Shown: in pieces, positions 22,938 to 34,457 of the stretch
How positions within the stretch are numbered: the stretch's first letter is position 1
Layout: every line of letters begins with the position of its first letter
Source of the DNA: Balanoglossus misakiensis
Lineage: Eukaryota > Animalia > Hemichordata
Length of the DNA: 64,000 bases
NCBI GenBank assembly: GCA_040954595.2
Contig: CM082580.2
Coordinates: 1,602,783 to 1,666,782 of the forward strand
Direction: 5' to 3'
Translations under genes and position numbers: made by a program
Notes under the pieces: generated by a model
Told to the model about the DNA's origin: nothing
Databases searched by the model: none
The model's input: only the letters and a program-made list of their open reading frames with translations

Positions 22938-25900
22938 ATGTGGGGCAAACTATTCAACAGGAGTAGCGCACTTCTTAAAAGTTTGTCTATTGTTATGCCA
23001 AATAGAAAAGGGAAAAGTTACTTCAACATAGGCCAGTGGGCAAAGGACCAAAAGATAGCGAGACAGGTAGCTGAAGAGAAGTGTTTACAACAACTATATC
23101 AGGAGAAATTGAAGACTAGATCTTTGTCTGGGAGCGTGGCCAACAACCTATTGGTAGTTAGAACAAAGAGAGGACAGACTAAACACAGGTTTAACTTAGG
23201 AGAGTGGTGTAGACAGAGAAAGAGAAAGAGAGATGAGGAAGAAAGCATAATTCAGGATAAGTTGAATAAGTTGAGTGCAGCTAGGAGACTAGTAAAAAGA
23301 TCCTCAACCCAGCTAGCTAGACTAGAGAAGAAGAACAGTAAGATTTGTGAGATCTTAGCTACAAAGAATAATAAGAGAAAGGTAAGCTAGATCAGATAAA
23401 TAGACTTAGTCATAATTTTAAAAATCTCAGATTTGTATAAATCCTCTTCAAATTTTAGCCCAAATTCGCTTTTTGAACTTCATGTCACATGATCCTGTGT
23501 AAACAATGATAACAAAATGGGTTCAGCTTTGATGCAAAACATCTAGGTTTTCCAACAAACTATGTATATTTTTTAGGATTTTTATTGCAGAAGTTGTCAG
23601 AAAAATACAGGCTACACGTGTGTATTTCTTATCAAGGACATTTAAATTAATGATTAACTTGTAAGAAGATTTTATTTTATATATAATGATTATATTCTAA
23701 TTAGTATATATTTATCACACACTTAATCTTTCAGATTCCTGTTGATGTTGTTAATGTGAAACGCTCTAAATGGGTCCACAAGAACACTGAAGTATGTGCA
23801 GATAATAGTGAATCTTTGAAGCTGTCGCGACGTCAACAGTATGAACGTAGGTGTGAAACCTTATCAGCAGCCATAAATATTCATGTAGCAACTACAGATG
23901 TAAGCCCAGCCAAAGGTATAAATAAACCGAATGTACTACATCCACCAAAAGCAGCACTTGATGGTTTGTGGTATACTCTTGTTAATTCTGCCACTCCTGA
24001 CCAAATGAAAACATTCTTCAGAACCTCTCCCCAAATCAGTAAAAAAGTAATGCCATCAGTATTTGATAAATACATCAGTAAATTTGAGAAAAGTGAGAAC
24101 AATTTGGTGAGGAGTGTCAGAACTATGTATGAGGGCGGAGTACTATCCAAACGAAAATATAACTGTCTGAGGCAGAGTGAACTTCAGATGTTCTCCAACT
24201 TGAAACATCCTAGGAAAGCAGTAGAAATTCATTCTGGCTGTAGAATACCAAGACTGCTCCCATACACAAAAGTTGTACAGTATGTAAGTAACCTTGACAT
24301 TGGAAATCTTGAGCCAATTATATCATCTGAAGGCAAACAAGTCGGCTTAAAAAGAAACCCTGAGGAGTTGCTTATTAAGATTGCCAGTTTATATTTAAAT
24401 ATGGGGGAAACACAGCCTGATATTCTTAACTGGTTCGGTAAACAGGAGGGCTCATTTCAAATCAGTATAGGTGCTGACGGGGCTCCGTTTGGCAAACATG
24501 GACAGGCCACTGCATGGCTAGTTAGTTTCTTGAATGTGACCCACCGTGTTGCTAGCCCAGACCACAATTTTCTCCTATTAGGGGCAAACATAAAAGAGGA
24601 TGACCCCATAATGATTGAATTTGCAATTGCATTGTCAAAAGACCTTGAGTGTATTGAGAAACGTAAATATAAAGTTGGCAGTCTTGATGTAACTTTTCAG
24701 GTGTCACTTTTACCCTTTGATCAGAAGGGATTGGCCAGTGTGTCTGGAGAACTAAGCAATGCAGCAAAGTATTTCAGCTCATTTGCTAACGTTCCAAAAA
24801 TGATATTGATTGTATTGGAGCAGAAATTGGCCCAGGTCAGAAGTGGGATGAATGGAAATATCAGAAAAGAATTAAAGATGCAGAAGCTGTTGAAAAGTTG
24901 AAGTCAACTAAGAAAATTAAAACTGGAAAGCCCAAAACAGTGCGACCCAAAATCACACAATTTATAGCCAGTCTGAGGTCAAGACAGGAATTTGTACCAC
25001 CGTTGGGTAGATTTATTGATTGTGCCAAGGCTGAGCCATTGCATTTAAAGAACAATGCATGGCAATACTACTTCCAACGATTACTGATTGACGCAGTTGC
25101 CCACACTTCGGAAAAGGGTCGTGAAAATGGAGTTAAAATTGAGAATCTACCTAACGAGTCATATCTGTACAAATTCCTGTCTGCCCTAAAATATCAAGTA
25201 AAAGCTGGAAAGTTGTATAATAAGATTGTAAAATACTTCAATGAAAATAGTGTCAAGTCAAATGCCAACATTAATGTGGTTTATCGCTTCACTGGTGAGG
25301 AGTCTCGCAAACTTGCTTGGCATTTCATAGGATTGGTATTAGCATTGAGAAGCGATACAGACAGACCAAAGCGTCGGGCTCAATTAGCTCTCTACACATA
25401 TACTGGTATCTTGCTTAGAGATATCACTTTGTTATTCTCACGATTCAACATAAATGAGGGAGATTTGCTTGTACTTAGGCATAAGTGTCGGTGGTACTTT
25501 AATCTACATTCCCTGTTTCTGAATGTCAATAATACTGTGTGGCACATTGGTTATGTAGTCCCAAAACACACCACTAGTATCTATAAGCAATTCAGTCTGG
25601 GATTAGGCCTAAACACAATGGAAGGCAGAGAGGCAAAGCATCTACGCCTGCTAGAATTCAGTGAAAATTCTACACCTCAAAATAGGTGGGCCCTCATATT
25701 TCGACACGAATATGTGATGCTTTTTTGGCTGAGGAACAAAAGTCCAAAAGCTGACAACTATAGAAATGCAAATGTAGGTCAATTTGAGCTTAAAGAAAAA
25801 GAAAAATACATTCCCAGTCGATATTATGAGAATGCAGGCTACTGTATGTGTGGCAATTTAAAAAAATGAAACAATGACTGCCTGTGAAATATGTGTTGAC

Positions 25901-25975
25901 CCAATTATGGATGACATAAAAAAAGCAGCTGTCACTGGTAAAATATCAAATAAACTCAAGAAACTTATGCTGTGA
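22938..25975 (+). pseudogene. Spliced RAG1/Transib-like DDE transposase (coding exons 22938-23381 and 23735-25975; two apparent 1-bp frameshifts)
   Basis: Phase-0 intron AAG|GTAAGC (23382) to TCTTTCAG|ATT (23734) joins the 161-aa and 381-aa ORFs in frame. Motifs: IGADGAP (D ~24476), PFDQK (D ~24719), EPLHLKNN, FTGEESRKL, GLNTMEGREAKH (E ~25630). Frameshifts near 24793 and in the A-run at ~25860-25866; the second restores a CMCG..CEIC tail ending TGA at 25975. Confidence 0.75.
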
Positions 25976-26827
25976 ACAATGATTGAATTTGAAACAGTGG
26001 ATTGTGTCACTGTGTGCTACTTTAGAATTAAAGGATAACTATAGTATTAATTACATTACAGAATTATAAAGACTCATCTGTAGTTGAGAGCTGCATTTAA
26101 TAAAAATGGAGATCACAAATCACATGAATTCACACTTTTTGAACTGGAGATGATATGTTTCTTATGGGATTTTGTATATGTGTGCATGTATGGGGACAGG
26201 GAAATTGAAACTTATCTTACCACTATTAAGTATTGTGAATAAACCCTTAATCGTATAGTGATTGCAGTGCTTTGCAAAATTAAAATGTATGACATACATA
26301 AGCTTGATAGAAAAGTTTTACATTTTTCTTGAGGAGTTGTTTATTCTGCACCTGCACGAAATTTTAATGAATTTGTGAAAAAATAAAGAATTAAGTCTCA
26401 TCAAATTCTTGATATTTATAAATTTTGTCATGGAATTAATTGTAAATATTAATTAAATTTAGACCAGAAATCCTGGTTAACTGTTAGATGAGCAGTTTTG
26501 ATTGACTTATCAATGTTGATTGTAGGTAACATACATTTTTTTCTGAAACTAATGAAAAATCTATGTTACAATAATGATGGAAAAAAAGAATTTTACAGTT
26601 TAGGAAATTTTGTAAACATTATCTGTTCATTTGTATTGAATGTAGATAAATAAAGACAAGTGATGAATTTTTGAGTCTTCTAATTTTCCTTTTTTTATTT
26701 GAATATATGTCAATTGTGAGAGGACTGTCTTGACAGACTGATACATCTACACTGAACAACATGTGCCACAGATCAGGAAAAAAATGTTCCTCAGATGGGT
26801 TGAATCAGTGTGAAAAATCAATAGGGT

Positions 26828-27478
26828 TCAGTTCTCTGGATGTAATGGAATTCCATGTTTGTTCCAGGCACCAAAGCTGAATCTAACAGCAACAGTCTCC
26901 CTGTTGATAAAATATTTCACAACACAGGGCTTCTCAGGTGTGAATATAACAGCTACCCTCTTTCCACGGACTTTCTTCTCTAGGATATTCTCTGTATGCT
27001 GACCGATAGCGCCCTCGTAGCAATAACCTTTCCGTATCACATACAATAGCTTCAAGGAACTTGTGAAGGTCAAGGTTATGATAGCCCTGGAGGTCTTCTC
27101 GTCGATACCAAAACCGGTCCGAGTAGCAAACTGATGAAAAACATCAAATACTTCCCTCGGCATTTGTCGTGTAAAGCTGCTTTGCCATGGTGACCTTAAC
27201 GACGGGGATGTTGACAGCCGAGCGTAGAAGGTCTTCTGCCAGTAGGTCATATCACGCTGAAACATGGGAAATACGGCGACGTCACGCCAACGAATCTTGT
27301 CCTTTGACAGCTTGTCGTTTCGAAATATGGCCCTTGTTGTCACATCCTCAAGTTCATCAAAGAGTGGGTGTATATACAGATTGTCCGACACGCATTTTTT
27401 ACGTTTAAGCACAGATTTTGCCTCTCGCAATTTGCGTTTTATAACTTTCTCGGCATCGATCAACACGGGCGCCGCCAT
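26828..27478 (-). CDS. Intact 216-aa protein of unknown function, second (convergent) gene of the transposon
   Basis: Uninterrupted ORF; strong start context CCAAGATGGCGGCG 85 nt inside the right terminus; basic NLS-like N-terminus (KRKLREAKSVLKRKK); minus-strand AATAAA downstream at ~26694-26699. Confidence 0.75.
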   Translation of the reverse strand: MAAPVLIDAEKVIKRKLREAKSVLKRKKCVSDNLYIHPLFDELEDVTTRAIFRNDKLSKDKIRWRDVAVFPMFQRDMTYWQKTFYARLSTSPSLRSPWQSSFTRQMPREVFDVFHQFATRTGFGIDEKTSRAIITLTFTSSLKLLYVIRKGYCYEGAIGQHTENILEKKVRGKRVAVIFTPEKPCVVKYFINRETVAVRFSFGAWNKHGIPLHPEN

Positions 27479-27562
27479 CTTGGCAATGCGTTGCTATGGT
27501 GAACATGGGAGCTCGCGCTTCGCGGAATACTGCCCAACATAGCTCTAGTATTTCCCGCAGTG

Positions 27563-29370
27563 TGTAACAGCTTTTCACCAAATTGGACCATTGGCGAATT
27601 GAACTCTCTGTACAGGATCCCATCTTTCATGATGAACTTCAACCTACCTCCATTCCTAGTCACTTTCTCGTCACCCAAAATTGCCTTCTCACGTAGTTTG
27701 TCAAGAGTGGAGTCTTCTTCTTGAGCTTGTTGAAGCTTCCCTGGCATCACCACTTCACCAACAGCTTTAGGTACTTTAAGCTCTCTGATTGGTTTTTGGT
27801 TGGCTATCTTCTGGGCTCTGGTCTCCACAGCATTTGCTAAACCTGGTACCTGTCCAACAGTTGTACACAGTCTACATGTCGGCAATGGTTCCTGCCATGT
27901 AGTATCAGGATTCGAAGGGTCAGATACACCATCAATGTTGCCCAGTATTAAATCATACACATGGTTCATCATGCACAGTGCAGTAACATCACCAACAAAG
28001 TAAGGGGTATCAACTTTTATAGAGGCTACAGGTACTCTTCTAATAGTCCCATCTATCAGAACACACGTCCTGTACTCACCAGTCAGCTGATTACTTGACA
28101 CCAGACTTCTTCGAACTACCACGCTACTACACCAACTATCACGCAAAACGCTAACCAGCTTACCATCGAGCAATCCCTTCATTACCGGCATCTTCTTCAC
28201 TCCATGGGCACTACAAGCAGCACTCATCACTGGGAGCTTATGACCACATGGTAACACGAACTCCTTATTCAGTGTTGCATCTGTTTTATCTATTTCCATT
28301 GCTACCACCATACATGCATAACCAGTGTCTAGTCCCCTGGGCTGTTGACGGTTGCCCCAATGTGTACATTCTTGTTTAGGTGGATAGTTTCTATCTTCTT
28401 CAGTTAACAATACCGCCGTCTTATGCATCTTTGGCTTACTTCTACAATCTTTGGCCATATGACCACCTTTACCACATACGAAGCACGTACCTTTAAAAAC
28501 ATGGGAACCATTGGTTTTGTTATTAAACTTATTTACTTGATTTGGATATACAGCAGGCTTGGTATTTGCTGTCGGCTGGCTCCTTGGATTATTCTTGGCA
28601 TTACTTGGCAGTTTCCACCACCCTCGGGCATCTAAGTATTTTGAGGCAGTAGATACCATCTCTTGGACATTCTCTGGCCGTCGCTCTCTAATGAACATTG
28701 CCATGTCTCTGGAACATACTCCAATAAACTGCTCTCGAAGTAACAGATCTGTAAGCCCATTGTACGTCTTTGGAGTACCAGCCAGTTCTACCCATCTGCC
28801 CAAATAGTCACCAATACGGTCCATAAACTTTTGAGCACTTTCATCATAATGTGGCATACACGAACGGAACTTGTCATGAAAACTCTCCTCACTTAACTGG
28901 TAAGCCCTCAATAACTCTGGTTTCAATTCATCATAATTATTTGCAGACGCTGCAGGCATTTGGTTGTATGTGGATACATCCTTACCTTGTAACAATATGC
29001 ACTGAGATTCACCCCCAGTCATCTTTTTCCCACTTCTGAGCAGTGGCGTAGCGCTGAAAACGTTGAAGGTACGCATCCATATCATCAACATCCTCACGAA
29101 AACCCTGTAGTCTCGGAGCACGCGCTTTGGCCAAATTATTTTCAGTAACCTGCTGTTCTGTATTTTCCCCTTTCAATTTTAATTCTTGTAAGTGAATTTG
29201 CATTTTCAGTATCTCTCTCTCATGTTCCTCGCGCCGCCTATTATCTTCTCTCTGCTCCTCTCTCTCAGTAGCCCTAAGATCCCTCTGTCTAATTTGTTCC
29301 TCTCTAACATAATCTTTTAAAGCAGTCCCTTCCAACCCAAATTTTCTCCCTATCTTAGATATTCTTTCTG
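27563..29370 (-). pseudogene. gag: Gmr1-like gag-protease (frameshifted)
   Basis: Coiled-coil N-terminus, DDMDAYLQRFQRYA, SCAN-like LLLREQFIGVCSRDMAMFIRERRPENVQEMVSTA, CCHC knuckle CFVCGKGGHMAKDC, protease LRDSWC (DSG degenerate) and DLILGN; frameshifts near 29000-29015. Confidence 0.88.
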
Positions 29371-29654
29371 CATATATGCTTTGCTGTATCGCGATTTACA
29401 ACCCCCAGTTTGACAACCCCTAGCAGTACAGGGCATTCAGCACAAGTCAACACAGCCAAACGCACGACGCAAACCAACACGGCCCATATTATATAGCAGG
29501 AAACCACAAGCGCACATACAGTAACAGTACCAGCCTACAGACCCAGCACCGTCTTCACAATTTGCAGAATCTCTACCTAGCAAAACCATGGTCTCCACTA
29601 TATGGCAACAATTTATGATAGTATACAAACAAATGCACAACAAAACGATAAAAC

Positions 29655-29671
29655 TCCCGGACGAGCCCCCA
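29655..29671 (-). promoter_or_regulatory. Primer-binding site complementary to tRNA-Pro
   Basis: Minus strand TGGGGGCTCGTCCGGGA, 2 nt after the LTR end ...TGACA; this is the canonical tRNA-Pro PBS. Confidence 0.9.
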
Positions 29672-29673
29672 AA

Positions 29674-30970
29674 TGTCAGAGGTGGAGGGCACCCCTCTGA
29701 TTCCAGGATAAATATTGAGCAGCTCTCAGTGCCAAGGAGTAAACATCCGTGGATAAGGTATGGGGAGAAACTACACAAACCAGTGCGGATACAATAATAC
29801 AGTTGATTTAATTTAAATCAATTAAATAATATAAAGATAATACTAGGAATATAATTTTTGTGCACAATATGCACAATATCAAATGTCTCTGTCCTAACCA
29901 ATTTAGCAGGTACAGGTATGCTGATACAATTGGTCATACAATACAATGGGTTACTTAATATATTACATAAATGAATATATTCACAATATCACTATAGTTT
30001 ATTGTCTATTGCATATTGTCTAAACAATGGTAAGTGTCACTTAGCTGTATATAACATTCATAGTAAACAATCATGATTCAACCACAATATGGGATGGAGT
30101 CCTGTATAGATGAACGATGTAGCGACGATCCACATTACACATACAATCTGTGATACACCATGTTTTCTACCACTTGTAGTCCTCCAGTAGTCAAGTAAAC
30201 ACACTGAAGACTGACTTGTTAGATGCAAGTCTTGGGTTAAATGGCTGAATGAAAAATCAACAAACATTGACTGAAATGTCCACCTTAGCAACTGTTCACA
30301 AATGAATACTGACGTTTCTCAATAATAATTATCAGAAATTTGGACTAGTTAAAGCGTCATGATTACATGTGATATCATGGAAAATTATGCTTTAACTATG
30401 ACCGTCCTATTACTTACAAATTGTCGAATTTGACATAAATATCCATAAAATATAAATTTAAGTTATAGTAAATAAATAAACAAATACATTACTTACACGA
30501 GAATTCTTCACCACACTTCATGCTCAGCAATACCGGGTCTATAGGATGGTTCCACAGAACTCTGCTTGGAGCAATTTCCAGCCACACCACATACGACCAT
30601 GCCAGCCACGCCAATCGCCCGACCACACCGGTTTGCACTGAATAAGCACAATTCTGCTTTCTAGAAGTACTGAATTTACTTCCACTCGAATTGCAGAAAC
30701 AGTGGTCCTGAGAGCACTAATGCGCGCTACAGCATTACATGGACACAGCAAGGTATGGTGCAATATTTCCCCTAGTATTTCTACTCACTGAGCAGGGAGA
30801 CCCGACTTGTTGCTCCCTTCAAGACCTAAATTGAAGTGTGCTCTCTTACTACACGAAACTTAGCTAACGAAGCCCTATTCATTAACATGACAATACACGG
30901 TGTCACTACACCTGAAATTATGCGGGCACCTGGGTTTCCACTGACTCCAGTACTACCTAATTATATGACA
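29674..30970 (-). repeat. Putative 5' LTR of the Gmr1-like element (~1.3 kb, single copy)
   Basis: TGTCA...TGACA termini; inner end abuts the PBS; outer end coincides with resumption of homology to 13952. No second LTR is available to confirm. Confidence 0.7.
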
Positions 30971-31184
30971 AGTTGGGACCGACAGTCGAGACCCATACAG
31001 CATTACAATCAACAAATAGTAAAAAAAATAAAAAAGTAAACAAAAAACAGGAAAACATTTTAAAAATACAAATAAAATTATGAAACTACTAAAAAAACAA
31101 AACAAAAACAAAAACAACACAAAAACACAAAACAACAAGCGAGGTCAATAAAGATTAACGCTTACAAAGATAGAAAAAGTAAGA

Positions 31185-33153
31185 CTGTTGTGATTATTGC
31201 TGGAATAGGCAATGTTTTAATCTACCTGCAAATACTGGTGTGACAAAGATTGTCGGCCAGTCAACATCACCAACGATATTAACAATATAAAAATAAATAA
31301 AATTTCAACGATTCAACTTCTTTTCTAGCTTCCTATCTGGATAGTTTGTTTTATTTTACTCTAAAGATCACCTTTCTTCTAGGCCACGTGGCAAGAGACG
31401 TTTTCAACTTCTACTATCATCGATGCGAGAGTACTATAGTATTCTCATATACACAGACAAAGGCCACCAAAATAAGAGAATCATTTGGTCAAATGGTAGA
31501 GGGTGCAAAAACAGATATTTCAAATGACAAAATTTTCCGATAAACGTGTTTAATCAAATCAAACTGTGCTCAATGGTATTCTTGCAAAAATTGAATACAC
31601 ATGAAACAAAATACAGCAACTGCCATGAACAACAAGTTTATTCATGACAAAATTCAATTTTTTTAATCAGTGATTTCCATTATCAGCTGAAAACTAAAAT
31701 TAGATTGTCATCTTGAACAGTATAAAATCAGCGAGCAATTAGACATTAAGTACCCAGCATACTAAAATAAAACCATGTAAACATGCACAATTAGATAATC
31801 AAAGATTTTTTATTTATTCACCATGATGTTTTTAATTTATGTCAAATCAAAGTACTTGAAGTTATGGAAGATCAATTAAAATAGAAAACTGTAATTTTAA
31901 TGGCTCGGTAATGTATCCAATTTCTGCCCAATATATGAAATTTCCGAGTCAGCAACTGAAGAATTCGTGGGGAAAATATTTACGTGATGTGTAACAGAAT
32001 TCACTTGGAAGTAAGGAGTTTTTGTAAAATCAACATGCATATTACAATTTATTTGTAAAAACTTGATTGGCAATGGAAAATTGGCGTTTAAATATATAGT
32101 ACTTCAAGATGAACAGATAAAATATAAGTTATTACAGATGTCATTTTACGACAACAAGGAATGTTCAATCGTTCTTTAATATCTTTAATGATACCAGGTC
32201 AAAGGTCACCTTTGCAAATTCAACCACTGGTACCATAGCCATTTCAAATGTAGCCAAAAGTGCGCCACCACTTTCTTCAAACATACTGAAACCATCTACA
32301 GGTTACTGTAGTCCTATATCTCTTGGCATCCATGGCAGTTTAGCTAGACATGAGCTGGCAAGGGGTGACCTGCAAGCTTTGAACTCTGGCTTCGGTAATG
32401 TCGACTCTGGCTCTGGCATATACTTGCAGGTCCATATGACCTTGGGGTGAACATGGTCATGAAGAAATAAATAGAATCTGTTTGGTACATTGTCAACTTC
32501 ATTTTAAACTTTCAAAAAAATAACAATATGGTGAGTAATGTTTTTGTTGTTTTCAAAGAGACTCACCATACACTTTAGTAAATCAAAGACTTGAAAAAGT
32601 TTTGAGGACTATCATTTGTCTGAATCTCGGACCGCGAGGCACATACTACCTTAAATAGTTTCACTCGCAGCTTCTTGTGGGCAGTTTCTCCTTGCGTACC
32701 TGTACAGACACACCAGGAGACCGATCCCGATGAACAACGACACCCACATGAAAACATTCAAGCGTCTGGTCACACCCATTTCCGTCAAACAAGAACATGA
32801 ATGAAACTGCGGAGGAAGAGAACGGGAGAGTGCCCATTAACCCTGTAATGGCCAATCATTTACTGGCACAAGGTTCAGGATGTACGATCACTGGAGTTGA
32901 AAATAAGGTCATGGATTTGAAAATCATTTTGAGTTATGAAATTGAAATACATATTTTTCATTGTGGATTCTCCGACATAAATATTATCAAAATCAATAAG
33001 GGTTGGCTTTTTAATTTATGACATATAACGCCATGAATCTAGCCCATTAATACAAAGGCAATACTTAAACACATTTCGGGGTAGCGTTATGACAACTTGA
33101 AGAAAGTATGAATACAAACTTTCTAAAGTAATATTTTAAAGGTTGGCGTATTG
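31185..33153 (+). repeat. Segmental duplication, copy 2 (partner 14286-16253)
   Basis: Colinear near-identical match to 14286-16253; an extra 25-bp match 30971-30995 = 13952-13976. Confidence 0.95.
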
Positions 33154-33686
33154 CTTAGCATAATCATTTTTCCGTTTGCTGTGACATTTGTCTCCCTGTG
33201 AGAGTTTAAGTAAATGTAGAGTCACGCAAATTAGGCAACATCAATATCCCATACGTAATTCAGTGTGTTTTGTTCGCATTTTTGGTTTTCATTTTGAAAA
33301 TGAACAAAGGACTTTCCTATCATTGACCAACACTCGTATGAATACATCCAAATTACCCAACTTTAATTTTCCTTAAAGAATTGGTCAGCTCTGCGAATAT
33401 ATTTCACCTGACCACTTCCTTTGCTAAGGAAGAGTGTTGTTTATGTAATAATATTTTTATAATATTTATAACTTATGTAGCACATTAAATCTCAACGTGC
33501 TTTAAGTTGTCCCATGGTCATTTGAGCTAGGATGTTGGACCTAAATATTCCATTCAACTCCCTGGGGAGCAAACAACATCTCACCATCATTAGAAATGCC
33601 AAATTACAGTGCTTTTGGCCACGTATTAACCTGGGGATTTACAGTTAACTTTAAATACACACGCATATGCATTTAATCCCCATGTG

Positions 33687-34028
33687 AGGGACAAAGTCTC
33701 TCTCTCGCTGCCCTTTTCCCATATTATATTTGATAAGAGACACCGTTTGTTATTCTACATGTGGATATATAGCGAATGAACGTTCAACCACACACAACTT
33801 CCATCCCTCTTATAGACAGGAGAGTGAAAAACTCGCCAAAATGAATAATCGTTCTTTACCATTTATTCATTTTGGGCGAGTTTTTACTCTCATATCGTAC
33901 AAACGAGACGGAAGTTGTGTGTGGTCGAATGTTGATTCACCATATATCCACATGTAGAATAACATCAATGGCGTCTTGTATCATACATAATTAATTGAAA
34001 AAAGGCAGCGATGAGAGACTTTGCCCCT
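33687..34028. mobile_element. Kolobok-derived fold-back MITE
   Basis: AGGGACAAAGTCTCTC...GAGAGACTTTGCCCCT followed by TTAA; arms match the terminus of the large Kolobok at ~49830-50016. The left TTAA is lost relative to the copy at 51777. Confidence 0.8.
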
Positions 34029-34099
34029 TTAAACAATTGGTCAGCTCTGCGAATATAGTTCACCTGACCACTTCCTTTGCTAAGTAAGAGTGTTGTTTA

Positions 34100-34457
34100 T
34101 GTAATAATATCAATATAATATTTATTACTTATATAGCACATTATGCAATAAATCTCAATGTGCTGCTTTGAAGTGTTTCCCATGGTAATTTGACCTAGGT
34201 CGTTGGACCTAAAATATTCCATTCCACTCCATGGGGAGCAAACAACAGCTCACATGTGCAGCTTTTATATCAGCAAAGCAGACCTATACATACACATTAC
34301 AATATCCGATCCACCAAATTACCCTTTTCTTATAGGCGGGGAGAGGCAAGGAGATGTAAATTGCCTTGCCAGAGGACACAACACCACAACCATGCCAGGG
34401 ATCAAACTCTTGATTCTTTGATTATGGGTCTGATGCTCTAACCACTGGACTATGACA
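34100..34457 (-). mobile_element. tRNA-derived SINE (decayed)
   Basis: Minus strand: A-box-like TAGTCCAGTGG, B-box-like GAGTTTGATCCC, central TGTGTCCTCTGGCAAGGCAATTTAC (CORE-like), tail GTGCTATATAAG followed by a TTA-rich end. Confidence 0.7.

Larger units (their letters stand above)
21992..27562 (+). mobile_element. Two-gene DNA transposon with RAG1/Transib/Chapaev-like DDE transposase, bipartite ends and 3-bp TSD
   Basis: Ends CACTAC (21992) and GCAGTG (27562). TSD TGT at 21989-21991 and 27563-27565; excision restores the Gmr1 frame GEKLLQVVVPRVY. Both ends read inward CACTRC-N20-TGGGCAGTATT. Contains two convergent genes. Confidence 0.88.
19975..30970 (-). mobile_element. Gmr1-like Ty3/Gypsy LTR retrotransposon, decayed, 3'-truncated, interrupted by a DNA transposon
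   Basis: Minus-strand order: LTR, tRNA-Pro PBS, gag (SCAN-like segment, CCHC), protease, integrase, then RT. INT before RT is diagnostic of the Gmr1 clade. RNase H and the 3' LTR are absent. Confidence 0.9.

Noticed and set aside
26828-27478. RAG2-like gene, making the element a true ProtoRAG
   Set aside because: Too short, no kelch repeats or PHD finger, and the TSD is 3 bp rather than 5 bp. The GCCATCTTG near 27475 is simply the reverse complement of the start-codon context.
27460-27562. C-terminal tail of the 553-aa ORF (HTAGNTRAML...)
   Set aside because: Read-through from Gmr1 into the inserted transposon end; the N-terminal ~40 aa of that ORF are likewise out-of-frame gag sequence.
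14286-33153. The two ~2-kb direct repeats as LTRs of one 19-kb element
   Set aside because: No TG..CA ends, PBS, PPT or TSD at their borders, and homology extends further upstream (13952 vs 30971).
34395-34457. tRNA gene
   Set aside because: A/B boxes are degenerate, there is no complete cloverleaf, and it continues into a SINE body.
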